Shown here piece by piece: positions 40,735-53,649 of a stretch of 64,000 nt of DNA. This DNA is from Haliotis rubra. Lineage: Eukaryota. The position numbers and the translations under genes were made by a program. The first letter of the stretch is position 1. Each line of letters starts with the position of its first letter. A model generated the notes under the pieces. The model worked only from the letters and a program-made list of their open reading frames with translations, had not been told where the DNA came from and made no database searches. The stretch lies in assembly GCF_003918875.1 (NCBI RefSeq), contig NW_025767185.1, positions 62,001 to 126,000 on the forward strand, in the 5' to 3' direction.

Positions 40735-41954
40735 CAGTACAACCAGAAATTATTGAGAATTTAAGACTGTATTTTTTTAAATTTTTGTTCACTCATTACT
40801 CACGTATTAAATGTGAATATTAGCAGAACATAACTCCAGACAGGTGAACAGTTAATATTTTGTCAAGTCACCATGGACAGCAATGCAGGCTTCAATGCGG
40901 CGGGGCATACTACTCATCAAAGAAGTTAGAAAGTTGTGATTTGTCTTGTTGACACTTTCCTTCATAAGTCCCAAAATATTTTCTATTGGATTTAGGTAAG
41001 GGCTATAGCTTGGTCAATCTAATAATATCATATTTTGGGTCCGAAACCAGGCCTGTGAATGCTTTGAACGATGTTTTGGGTCGTTTTCCTGCTGGAAAAT
41101 CCTAAAATGTCCATGGAACACGTGAGCAGATGGAAGTAAATGTCCCTCGAGAATATCTGTGTACCGCTCACTGTTCATATTCCCTTCAAACAGAGGGGGG
41201 TTGCCCCTAACACAGATATGTCACCCCACACGTTAAATTTCGGACTGTACTTTGGGCGCTGATACAAAGGTTTTTTTAGTTTGTTTAGTCCAGAATTTCA
41301 GTGTATTAGGAAACAGCCACACAGAACTTTCATCTGAGAAAATCACATTGTCCCAGTTAAAATTTCTATGCTGTAAGCACCAGTTCAACCTTCGCTCCTT
41401 TTGTTCAGGTTTCATGATCGGTGATGGAATAATCGACTTTTCTGCCAACCCATCGCATGCAGCTAAGATCTAATTGTCTCCTTACAGACATACACAGTTC
41501 CTCTATCAATCATATCCAGCCTTAAGTTTTCTAAACTCCTTCGTTTGTTTTTAGAAACAAGAATACCAAGCCGTCTCCTGTCACCGACAGTCAATTTTCT
41601 GGGCCTACCTGCGCCTCCCTGGTGCTCAATGCCATATCCATTTGCAATATTTTTCAGAACACGATAAACAGTGGACAAAGGTATGCCTGTTCTACTTGAA
41701 ATCACTTTAGCTGATCTGATGTCCTTGTTATAATACTCTAAAATCAACTTCCTCTTCTCTAAATCATCCATACTGAGGATCACTGAAAATGTCGTCTGCT
41801 AGCAAGTAAACAAAGGGGGATAACTCTTCACAAACTAATGAAAAAGGATTAACTCTTGAATGAAACCAAGCACTTGATAGCTGGTCAAGGTTGTTTATAC
41901 TAGAAATCCAATTAAACACATTCCTAAAATTCTCAATAATTTCTGGTCATACTT
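40735..41954 (-). mobile_element. Tc1-family DNA transposon, copy 1 (defective, internal deletion)
   Basis: TIRs cagtacaaccagaaattattgagaattt / aaattctcaataatttctggtcatactt, flanked by TA (40733-34, 41955-56); transposase remnants on the minus strand. Confidence 0.97.
40852..41771 (-). pseudogene. Tc1-like transposase pseudogene
   Basis: MDDLEKRKLILEYY...GRPRKLT (HTH and GRPR motif), WDNVIFSDES, QQENDPKH, NPIEN, MPRRIEACI. Contains stops, frameshifts and a C-terminal deletion relative to copy 2. Confidence 0.93.
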
Positions 41955-42131
41955 TAGTTTGTAAACTAAACTAAACTGTTTTATGTGGAACTGTGACTTG
42001 GTACAGGAATCATGCTGTAGCATTTTAACACCACAGTCTACACAGAGGACAGGGTTGTTCTTCTATATAGTGCAACTTATGGACGCTTTCACACTTTTAA
42101 GCGGGCATGGTGTTTGCTACTGACCTCCAAT

Positions 42132-43645
42132 GTGGACATGGTACAGATTGTTGTACTGCACTGTGGACAAGGTAGAGGTTGTTGTACTGCACTGTGGACA
42201 AGGTAAAGATCGTTGTACTACACCGTGGACATGGTAGAGATTGTTGTACTACACCGTGGACACGGTAGAGTTTGTTGTACTACACTGTGGACATGGTAGA
42301 GATCGTTGTACTACACTGTGAACATGGTAGAGATCGTTGTACTGCACCGTGGATATGGTAGAGATCGCTGTACTGCACTGTGGACATGGTAGAGATTGTT
42401 GTACTAGACCGTCGACATAGTACAGATTGTTGTACTACACCGTGGACACTGTAGAGTTTGTTGTACTACACTGTGGACATGGTAGAGGTTGTTGTACTAC
42501 ACCGTGGACATGGTATAGATTGTTGTACTGCACTGTGGACATGGTACAGATTGTTGTACTGCACTGTGGCCAAGGTAGAGGTTGTTGTACTACACCGTGG
42601 ACACGGTAGAGATTGTTGTACTACACCGTGGACACGGTAGAGGTTGTTGTACTACACCGTGGACACGGTAGAGGTTGCTGTACTACACCGTGGACACGGT
42701 AGAGGTTGTTGTACTGCACTGTGGACAAGGTAGAGATTGTTGTACTACACCGTGGACACGGTAGAGTTTGTTGTACTACACCGTGGACAAGGTTGAGGTT
42801 GTTGTACTACACCGTGGACACGGTAGAGGTTGTTGTACTACACCGTGGACACGGTAGAGGTTGTTGTACTACACCGTGGACACGGTAGAGGTTGTTGTAC
42901 TGCACTGTGGACATGGTAGAGATCGTTGTACTACACCGTGGACATGGTAGAGATCGTTGTACTGCACCGTGGACAAGGTAGAGGTTGTTGTACTACACCG
43001 TGGACAAGGTAGAGGTTTTTTTACTACACCGTGGACATGGTAGAGTTTGTTGTACTACACCATGGACACAGTAGAGTTTGTTGTGCTACACTGTGGACAT
43101 GGTAGAGATCGTTGTACTACACCGTGGACATGGTAGAGATCGTTGTACTACACCGTGGATATGGTAGAGATTCTTGTACTACACTGTGGACATGGAAGAG
43201 ATTGTTGTACTACACTGTGGACACGGTAGAGATTGTTGTACTACACCTTGGACATGGTAGAGATTGTTGTACTACACTGTGGATATGGTAGAGATGGTTG
43301 TACTGCACTGTGGACATGGTAGAGATTGTTGTACTACACTGTGGATATGGTAGAGATGGTTGTACTGCACTGTGGACATGGTAGAGATTGTTGTACTACA
43401 CTGTGGACATGGTAGAGGTTGTTGTACTACACTGTGGACATGGTAGAGATTGTTGTACTACACTGTCGGCATGGTAGAGATTGTTGTACTACACTGTGGA
43501 CAATGTGGAGATTGTTGTACTACACCGTGGACATGGTAGAGATTGTTGTATTGCACTGTGGACATGGTAGAGATTGTTGTACTGCACTGTGGACATGGTA
43601 GAGGTTGTTGTATTGCACGGTAGACGTTGTTGTACTACACAGTGT
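42132..43645. repeat. 31-bp minisatellite (gtggacatggtagagattgttgtactacact)
   Basis: About 48 regular tandem copies. Confidence 0.97.
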
Positions 43646-43900
43646 CCCACTGGTGTGGAAGGCAGTGTTTCACTAGTGAAGAGGGGGCAGTGTCTCTCTG
43701 GTGTGAAGAATACTAACTCACTTGTCTGAAGGGCAGTGCCTCCTCGGAGCGAATGACAGTATCTTCACTGGCGTGGAGGACAGTCTATCCCTGAAATGAC
43801 CCAGAACAATGACAAGATCACCTTTTTCGCACATACATGGACTTCATATTTTACAGTCGAACCCTTGTATCTAAATGTAATCTTTACATGTTTAAGAACT

Positions 43901-44457
43901 CGGTGCATTGTTACTTCTTGATACAGCTCAGTATTTCTTGATACAAGATGGTGACGAAGCGGTGCACTGTTACTTCTTGATACAGCTCAGTATTTCTTGA
44001 TACAAGATGGTGACGAAGTGGTGCACTGTTACTTCTTGATACAGCTCAGTACTTCTTGATACAAGATGGTGACGAAGTGGTGCACTGTTACTTCTTGATA
44101 CAGCTCAGTACTTCTTGATACAAGATGGTGACGAAGCGGTGCACTGTTACTTCTTGATACAGCTCAGTATTTCTTGATACAAGATGGTGACGAAGTGGTG
44201 CACTGTTACTTCTTGATACAGCTCAGTACTTCTTGATACAAGATGGTGACGAAGCGGTGCACTGTTACTTCTTGATACAGCTCAGTACTTCTTGATACAA
44301 GATGGTGACGAAGCGGTGCATTGTTACTTCTTGATACAGCTCAGTATTTCTTGATACAAGATGGTGACGAAGTGGTGCACTGTTACTTCTTGATACAGCT
44401 CAGTACTTCTTGATACAAGATGGTGACGAAGCGGTGCACTGTTACTTCTTGATACAG
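43901..44457. repeat. 59-bp minisatellite, about 9.5 copies (cggtgcactgttacttcttgatacagctcagtatttcttgatacaagatggtgacgaag)
   Basis: Near-identical copies with an internal duplicated tacttcttgataca. Confidence 0.98.
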
Positions 44458-45084
44458 CAGTGAAAATGATGACGTCACTGTTCATTGCTAGTTCTTGACA
44501 GTCAGACGGTGACTATATCAATATCGTATAATGACTGATACACGTGCCACTGAGAGCAAGAGAGCAATCGCCTCCGTTTCGAACTGATGTAAGATGACTC
44601 GTGTGGACGATTTGTTGTGTTGTTTGGATGAGTATTTGCATTTTTCCGAATTGAGCGAATTTGTGTATAGCCAGAATATTTGAATCACTAAGCAAGGTCT
44701 CATGACACCAAAGTAACATTTTGAGACATCAAACGGAATAACAATAAGATAAAATGAACCTACGTCTCTCCATGTCGCCTGAAGGCGACTGGTATTCTTG
44801 AGTCCCCGCGCCTGATTGAAATTCCCATTCCCATGTGGTACTTGTAAGCTTCAAATTTGCAGCATAGTACAGTATTTTCGACTCCAAATTAATCTACAGT
44901 GCGATGATTTTTCATGGAGACGGGCGGTGATCTTCAGTCCAGTACAATGTAAGCTGGTTGATATATCATCCCCTGGGCATGAACAACAGCCTTTGTCATT
45001 TTTCATGTATGTCCCATTAGACGTCAGTCGTCACACGAGCATCCAGTACGCGTCACTCTTTCTCTCCGCCTCACTGTCTATCGC

Positions 45085-48000
45085 TTCGACCCGCCCTACC
45101 ATCCCTCTAGCCTCTATCTCAACCCGCCAAACCACCTACCTACTTCCCCACCCGCCCTACTACCTATTTATTTCCCGAACTCCTCAAACAAATTTTCGTC
45201 CTTTTCACATTCTCAACCACCCACCTTTCCATACTTCACCCTACCCGCCATACCACTCTGCTCCACTTCCAAACTACCAGCCCTACCATCTGTCTACTTC
45301 CCACTACCTGCCCTACCATCTGTCTATACTTTTCTTTCCTGACTGACTTACCACCTGTCTACTCAAACTATTCGCCCCTAACTCAACTGCCTGCTCAAAC
45401 TACCTGCCTTACTACATTCTGTTCATTTCCTACTCTGCATGCCCTATCGGTTCTCTACTTCAAACTATTCGCCCTACTACCTGTCTATATGCTTTTCCTT
45501 CCTGACTTACCATCTGCTCTTACATTTCCCCTTACCTGCAATACCATCTGTCTACTCAAACTATTCGCCCTACTCACCTGTCATTACTTTCTCCTTCCTG
45601 GACGTTACCATCTGTTCTACTTCCTCACTCTGCCATACCATCTGTCTACTCAAACTATTCGCCCTGCATGACCTTGCTACTTAACCTACCTGCCCTACAC
45701 CTGCCTATATATTCACCTGCTCCTTCCATTTCTCCTTTCTACCTGCCATACCATCTGTGTGTTCTTTTCCCCTACCTGCCATACCATCTGCTGCCTTTCC
45801 TGCCATATCACTATTATCTACCATCTCTCTCTCTGTCTCTTCCCTCACCTGCCATACCACCTGTCTTACTTCCCCTACCTGCCACCACTTATACTTTCCT
45901 GACCTACTTCCCTTATCTACCTACTTGCCCTACCATCTTGCCCATACTTTCCCTACCTGCCTCCTTCCACGCATATCTCCCCTCTTACCTGCCCTCACCA
46001 CCTATCTACTTCCCTTACCTCCTGCCTACTCCATTCTCTGCCTGCCCTACTACACTGCCCATTCTCCTACCTATCTACTTCCTGTCTGCTCCCCTTACCT
46101 ACTCACCATTCTGTCTACTTCCCCTACCTGCCCTACCACTCCATATTTTCCCTACTCCGCTCTACTTCCCTGCTCCATTTCTACCTGCCTCGGCTTCGTC
46201 TAGTTCCCTTACTCTCTAAATGGCCTCCTATCTGCCCGCAATTCCCTACTCTTCCCCTCACCACCTACCTACTTCTGTCTCTACTGTCTGCTTCTCCCTA
46301 CCTGCCTCCCCAATCTATCTACTCTCCCTACCTGCTCCCTACCTATTCCATACCCATTCCCCTCACCCGCCCTACCGCCTGCTACTTTCCCTACCTGCTC
46401 CTACCTCCCTCCCACCCCATCTACTTCTCCCCGCCTACCACCCATCTTTTCCCCTCTACCTGCCCTACCACCCATTCTACTCCGCTCCTACTGCTCCCAC
46501 CTGCCCTACCTATCCACCTTCATTTCTAATCTACTTTCCCACCTCTACTCTCATCTGCCTCACCACCTATTTCCACTACATGCCCTACCACCTTACTTCC
46601 CTACATGCCCTACCACCTGCTCCACTTCCCCTACCTGCCCTTACCACCTGCTCCATTCAAACTACCCCCCTACCACTGCCCATTTCCCTCATCACCCCTA
46701 CTTCACCTGCTCCATTTCTACATGCTCCTACCACCTGTCCCCAACCATCTACTATCTCTACCCTACCTGCCCTACCACCTGCTCTACTCACTCCTGCCTT
46801 ACTCTACCACCATCTGTCTACTTCCCTACCTGATCTCTACTCACCTATCTACTTTACCACCTGCTCTACGTCCCCTACCTGCCCTACCTGCACCACCTGT
46901 CTACTTACCCTACATGTCATACCACCTGCATCCAAACTACCAGCATCTACTTCCCCTACCCGCCATACCTACATTCCTGCCCTACCCCCACGTGCCCTAC
47001 CTGTCTACTTCCCTACCTGCCTTCCCAGCACCACTTCCCCTACCCGCCATACCACTCCATCTACTTCTCCCTACCTGCCCCTACCACCTGTCTGCGGTTT
47101 CCCTACCCGCTCCCACCACCCATCTACTTCCCCTACCCGCCCTACCACTGCCTCTCACCTGGCCCATTCTACCCCATTTCCCCTTACCTGCCCTACCATT
47201 TGTCTACCTCACGCATACCTGCCTCCCCTACTTGTCTCTACCACCTGTCTACCTGCTCCTCCCACCATCTATACTTCCCACCCGGTCTCCCACCATATCT
47301 TTCCCCACCTGCCCCACCTCGCTTTCACATACCTGCCCTACCACCTGTCTTTTCCCCTACCCGCCCCTACACCTGCTTCATTCCCTACCACCTGTCTTTT
47401 CCCTACTTCCTCCTCACATCTGTCTGTCTTCACCACCTGTCATACCATACTCGCCAAACCTATCTCGTCCTACCATCTGTCTTCTTCCTCACTCCGCCAA
47501 CTGCCACCACTTCCCCCACCTGCCCTACCACCTGCTCTTCCCCTCACTTGTCCCCACCTTTACTTCCCCTACCTGTCTGCCTTCTCACCATACCACCATC
47601 TGCCTACTCCCTACTTCCCATCTACCTGCCCTACCATCTGTCTTTCCCCTACCTGCCATACTCTGTCCTTCCTGCCCCACCATGATTTCTTACCCGCCCT
47701 ACACCTATCTACCTGCCCTACCAGCTCTCCCCTGCTCCCGCCCTGTCTCTGTCTACGTGCCCTACCACACCTGTCTACGTCCCCCCCACCTGCCCTTCTG
47801 CCCATTTCTCCCCACCTGCCTCCATGCTCCCCTTTACCTGACTCACTACTCCATCCTTCCCTCTATCGCTATCTCCACCCTCACCTCCTTCCCATTTACT
47901 TCCCTTCCTGAACATACTTTCCCTTCAACACACCTATCTACTTCCCCCACGTGCCCTACCATTGTCACTCCTTCCCTTCCCATGTGTCTACTTCAACCAC

Positions 48001-48926
48001 CCACCTTCCACCTCCCCCACCTCCCTACCATCTGACATACCACCTGCCTACCACCTATCTACAAACCTACCAGCCTCCTACCACCTATCTACTTCCCCTA
48101 CCCGGCCATCCTACTACCCTGTTCCTTCACCCGCCCTACCTGCTGTCCTTACCACCCTATCTTTTACTTCCCCATGCCCGCCCACCATCTGCCTACTTCC
48201 CCCCACCTGCCTCTCCCACCTGTCTACTTCTGCCCGCCCTAACACCTGTCTATCTTACTTCCCCTCACTCTGCCCTACCACCTGTCTTCACTTCCCCCTA
48301 CCCGCCCTACCACCCATCTTACCTCCCCCTACCCCGCCCTACCATCTGTTCCCCCTGGTCTACTCTACCACCTGCCCCACACTCTGTCTACTTCTACCAC
48401 CTGCCCTACCATCTGACTACTTCGCCTCTACCCGTCTCTATCCCCTACCCGCCTTACAATCTGTCTACTTCCCTACCTGCCCTACCACCTGTCTATTTCC
48501 CTTTACTCCACCTCTCTACCACCTGTACCACCTACTTCTTCAGCTACCTCGCCCTACCATCTGTCTACTGAACCTACCTGCCCTACCATCTGTCTACATT
48601 TCTTACTTCCTGCCCAACCATCTATCTGTCTATTTCCCTACCTGCTGCCCTACCATCCTCTAGCCTCTACCTCCTGCCCTAACCCTCCAAACCACGTGCC
48701 TCTCTACCTACTTCCCCACCCGCCCTAATACCTATTTATTTCCCGAACTCCTCAAACAAATTGTCTCCTTCCGCTACTCAACCACTTCACCTACCCGCCA
48801 TACCACCTGTCTACTTCCCCTACCCGCCCTTCCATCTGTCTACTTCCCTTACCCGCCCAGCCACGTATTTTCTTTCCCTACCTGCCCTACCACCTGTCTA
48901 CTTCCCCTACCCTCCCTACCACCTGA
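45085..48926. repeat. Degenerate C-rich 29-bp minisatellite (tacttcccctacctgccctaccacctgtc)
   Basis: Clean units at 48790-48926; the same motifs heavily scrambled in the middle. Confidence 0.88.
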
Positions 48927-48939
48927 CTAGGGTAGACTG

Positions 48940-50776
48940 GGTTGGTTGTCTGTTGGTATAATTGTCTACATGCTTGGAGCAGGTGTATATGGTCTTTTGG
49001 TATAATTATCTACATGATTGTAGCAGGTGTATATGGTCTTTTGGTATAACCTGCTGCATGTCTGTAGCAGGTGTGGGTGGTCTGTTGGTATAATTGTCTA
49101 CATGATTGTAGCAGGTGTATATCGTCTGTTGGTATAATTGTCTGCATGTCTGTAGCAGGTGTGGGTGGTCTGTTGGTAAAATTGTCTACATGTCTGTAGT
49201 AGGTGTGGGTGGTCTGCTGGTATAAGTGTCTGCATGATTGTTGCAGGTGTGGGTGGTCTATTGGTATAATTATCTACATGCTTAAAGCAGGTGTGGGTGG
49301 TCTATTGGTATAATTGTCTGCATGATTGTCGCCGTTGCAGGTGGTCTGTTGGTAAAATTGTGTGCATTATTGTAGCAGGTGTGGATGCGATCTGTTGGTA
49401 TAATTGTCTGCATGATTGGAGCAGGTGTATATGACCTGTTGGTATAATTGTCTGCATGATTGTAGCAGGTTCGGGTGGTCTGGTGGTATAATTATCTACC
49501 TGTCTGTAGCAGGTGTGGGGCGTCTGTTGGTATAATTGTCTACATGCTTGGAGCAGGTGTGGGTGGTCTGTTGGTATAATTGTCTCCATGATTGTAGCAG
49601 GTGTATATGGTCTGTTTGTATAATTGTCTGCATGATTGTTGCAGGTGTGGGTGGTCTGCTGATATAAGTGTCTGCATGATTGTAGCAGGTGTATATGGTC
49701 TGTTGGTATAATTGTTTGCATGGCTGTAGCAGGTGTGGGTGGTCTGTTGGTACAATTGTCTACCTGTCTGTAGCAGGTGTAGGTTGTCTGTCGGTGTAAT
49801 TGTCTACATGTCTGTAGCAGGTGTGGGTTGCCTGTCGGTATAATTTTCTAAATGCTTGTAGCAGGTGTGGGTGGTCTGTTGGTAAAATTGTCTACATGTC
49901 TGTAGCGGGTGTGGGTTGTCTGTTGGTACAATTGTCTACATGTCTGTAGCGGGTGTAGGTTGTCTGTTGGTGTAATTGTCTACATGTCTGTAGCGGGTGT
50001 AGGTTACCTGTCGGTATAATTGTCTAAATGCTTGTAGCAGGTGTGGGTGGTCTGTTGGTAAAATTGTCTACATGATTGTAGCACGTGTATATGGTCTGTT
50101 GGTATAATTGTCTACATGTCTGTAGCAGGCGTGGGTTGTCTGCTGGTATAATTGTCTACATGTCTGTAGCAGGTGTGGGTGGTCTGTTGGTATAATTGTC
50201 TACATGTCTGTAGCAGGTGTGGGAGGTCTGTCGATATAATTGTCTAAATGCTTGTAGCAGTTGTGGGTGGTCTGTTGGTATAATTGTCTACATGTCTGGA
50301 GTAGGTGTGGGTGGTCTGCTGGTATAATTGTCTACATGTCTGTAGCAGGTGTGGGTGGTCTGTTGGTATAATTGTCTACATGTCTGTAGCAGGTGTGGGT
50401 TGCCTGTCGGTATAATTGTCTAAATGCTTTTAGCAGTTGTTGGTGGTCTGTTGGTATAATTGTCTACATGTCTGTAGCAGGTGTGGGTGGTCTGTTGGTA
50501 TAATTGTCTACATGTCTGTAGCAGGTGTGGGTTGCCTGTCGGTATAATTGTCTAAATGCTTGTAGCAGGTGTGGGTGGTGTGTTAGTATAATTGTCTGCG
50601 TGATTGTTGCAGGTGTGGGTGGTCTGTTGGTATAATTGTCTACATGTCTGTAGTAGGTGTGGGTTGTCTGTTGGTATAATTGTCTACATGTCTGTAGCAG
50701 GTGTGGGTTGCCTGTCGGTATAATTGTCTAAATGCTTTTAGCAGTTGTGGGTGGTCTGTTGGTATACTTGTCTACA
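48940..50776. repeat. 44-bp minisatellite (tgtagcaggtgtgggtggtctgttggtataattgtctacatgtc)
   Basis: About 42 regular tandem copies. Confidence 0.97.
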
Positions 50777-51931
50777 CGATAGTGCTTGTTGGGCAGGTAG
50801 ATCCGATGGACATGAAATGAAATGAGCATATTTTGAGGGGGAAATGTGAAGCTAATTAAGTTATCTTGGTTGTCGACTTGAAGTCTGTACAAAAGCACCG
50901 AAGCTGGGATTTCACTCCTTAATACAGATCCTGTGCTATTATTCATTGGTTTCCCGATGTATCAACGCGCCCATATCAATTTAGTTTTTGCAGTAATCTT
51001 GATTTATGCACGTGTTAAACAATTCTTTCTGTTCATAAATAATGATCACTTTAGGCAATAAATGATATTAGGCACGCGTTCTGCAGCAGTTGGGGATTTT
51101 AAGTGGAATTTCCTCTAAAACTTTAGCATCTGAGATCAGTCACATTTATTTTCCAGCTAATTATGTGTCTGTTGCTTTCCTTGTCCCTTGACTGATAAAC
51201 GTGTATAAATTCTGCATTATAACAATGACTCGTTCGTCACTGTGGCGTTTGTGGTCAGCAATTGGACATTTGAACTATCTGTTCTATGTCAGGCAGAGTC
51301 ACTGTCACATGCTAAAGTAACCACGACTATACATTGTCATTAAGTTTTTCATTTGTCTTTCCCATAAGATGTATTTTTCTTATTATGACTAACTAAATAA
51401 TCTAGCTCAACATACAATCCAATCCTCCCTCTATTATTACTAATATTTCCCTACCAACACTAATAGTTACTACTATACCAGTGCTAACAATAACATTACT
51501 GACCATACAAATAAAGTAATACAAATGTTCCTGAGATTCTCCCCTCCTTACGACGTATGAAAGACATTTGTCTCCTTACATAATATCGGAGGTATTTCCC
51601 TTCTCCTCATTTTACCTTATGGGTAACCGCCTAGTTCCAGGACTACAAGCAGCAACAATTACTGAAGAAGGCACGTGTCACTCCCTTACAATTGTCACAA
51701 CAATCCGTCACTTTACTCCGGTTTACATTTCAATGAGTGAAACTGTTTGTATCTCAGTAAGTGGCTACCAATTATTACAATATATGCATATAATTACATC
51801 TAAGACAATGCATAACTCTAACGCCCACTCTTAATATACTCATAAAATAAATCATTGTAAAACTTACAATTCAGACTGAGATGATTCAACAATGGCATTT
51901 CTACTTATACATATACAATATGTGCAAATTA

Positions 51932-53238
51932 TAGTCTGACCAGAAATTATTGAGAATTTTAGGAATATGTTTAATTGGATTTCTAGTATAAGCAATCTTG
52001 ACCAGCTATCAAGTGCTTGGTTTCATTCAAGAGAAACAACTCCGTTAATCCTTGTTCATTAGTTTGTGAAGAGTTATCCCCCTTTGTTTACTTGCTAGCA
52101 GACGACATTTTCAGTGATCCTCAGTATGGATGATTTAGAGAAGAGGAAGTTGATTTTAGAGTATTATAACAAGGACATCAGATCAGCTTAAGTGATTTCA
52201 AGTAGAACAGGCATCCCTTTTACACCAGTTTACACTCTTTATCGTGTTCTGAAAAATTTTGCGAATGGATATGGCATTGAGCACCGGGGAGGCGCAGGTA
52301 GGCCCAGAAAATTGACTGTCGGTGACAGGAGACGGCTTGGTATTCTTGTTTCTAAAAACAAACGAAGGAGTTTAGAAAACTTAAGGATGGATATGATTGA
52401 TAGAGGAACTGTGGCTGTCTGTAAGGAGACAATTAGAACTTAGCTGCATGCAATGGGTTGGCAGAAAAGTCGATTATTCCATCACCGATCATGAAACCTG
52501 AACAAAAGGAGCGAAGGTTGAACTGGTGCTTACAGCATAGAAATTTTAACTGGGACAATGTGATTTTCTCAGATGAAAGTTCTGTGTGGCTGTTTCCTAA
52601 TACACTGAAATTCTGGACCAAACAAGCTGAAAAACCTTTGTATCACCGCCCAAAGTACAGTCCGAAATTTAACGTGTGGGGTGGCATATCTGTGTTAGGG
52701 GCAACGCCCCTCGGTGTATTTGAAGGGACTATGAACAGTGAGCGGTACTCAGATATTTTCGAGGGACATTTACTTCCATCTGCTCACGTGTTCCATGGAA
52801 ATGTTTGGATTTTCCAGCAGGAAAACGACCCAAAACATCGTTCAAAGCATTCACAGGCCTGGTTTCGGACCCCAAATATGACATTATTAGATTGGCCAAG
52901 CTATAGCCCTGACCTAAATCCAATAGAAAATGTTTGGGGACTTATGAAGGAAAGTGTCAATAAGAAAAATCTGACAAATATTGCTGAAATGAAAGAAGAG
53001 GTGGTCTGATATTGGGACTGCATGGACCACGACTTTCTAATTTCTTTGATGAGTAGTATGCCCCGCCGCATTGAAGCCTGCATTGCTGCCCATGTTGACT
53101 TGACAAAATACTAACTGTTCACCTGTCTTTGAATCTGGAGTTATGTTCTGCTAATACTCACATTTAATACGTGAGTAATGAGTGAATTTTTTTTTTAAAT
53201 TACAATCTTTAAATTCTCAATAATTTCTGGTTGTACTG
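51932..53238 (+). mobile_element. Tc1-family DNA transposon, copy 2 (full length, defective)
   Basis: TIRs tagtctgaccagaaattattgagaattt / aaattctcaataatttctggttgtactg, flanked by TA (51930-31, 53239-40); 1307 bp. Confidence 0.98.
52126..53114 (+). pseudogene. Tc1-like DD34E transposase pseudogene
   Basis: GRPRKLT, VIFSDES, VWGGIS, FQQENDPKH, WPSYSPDLNPIENVW. There are 34 residues between the second and third catalytic positions. Three in-frame stops and a -1 frameshift. Confidence 0.95.
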
Positions 53239-53649
53239 TACCAACCTGCCTCACTGTTTAACTGGCCCCTCGTCAGCTGTCAACCATACCTGGTCGTACT
53301 TCCTGAACCTAACCTGTTCCAGCAGTATCATAGGGTATATATATTCTCAAAGTTCAGTATAAAAATATAACACTGAATCATCTGTCTAAAGTACCAACTT
53401 CAAATTAATATAAACACATCATCTGTGATCTTGGCAGTCACCAATCAAATATCGACAAGATAGTGTTCTTCTCCTGCATGTTCTACCGCATCAGCAATAC
53501 GATACAGGCTGCCCTCAATATGGATTCAACCATTCCCATGTACATGTCCATACTGATATCCTCCACAATAACCACTGTAGTGTCAGTATTGTCTGTGTTG
53601 CCACCTACTGTGACCATGTACTTCGACCAGCTTTCAGCTACTATATCGA

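Noticed and set aside
40735-53238. Tc1 pair as an assembly duplication
   Set aside because: The copies differ by many substitutions and indels (1220 versus 1307 bp) and have unrelated flanks beyond the TA.
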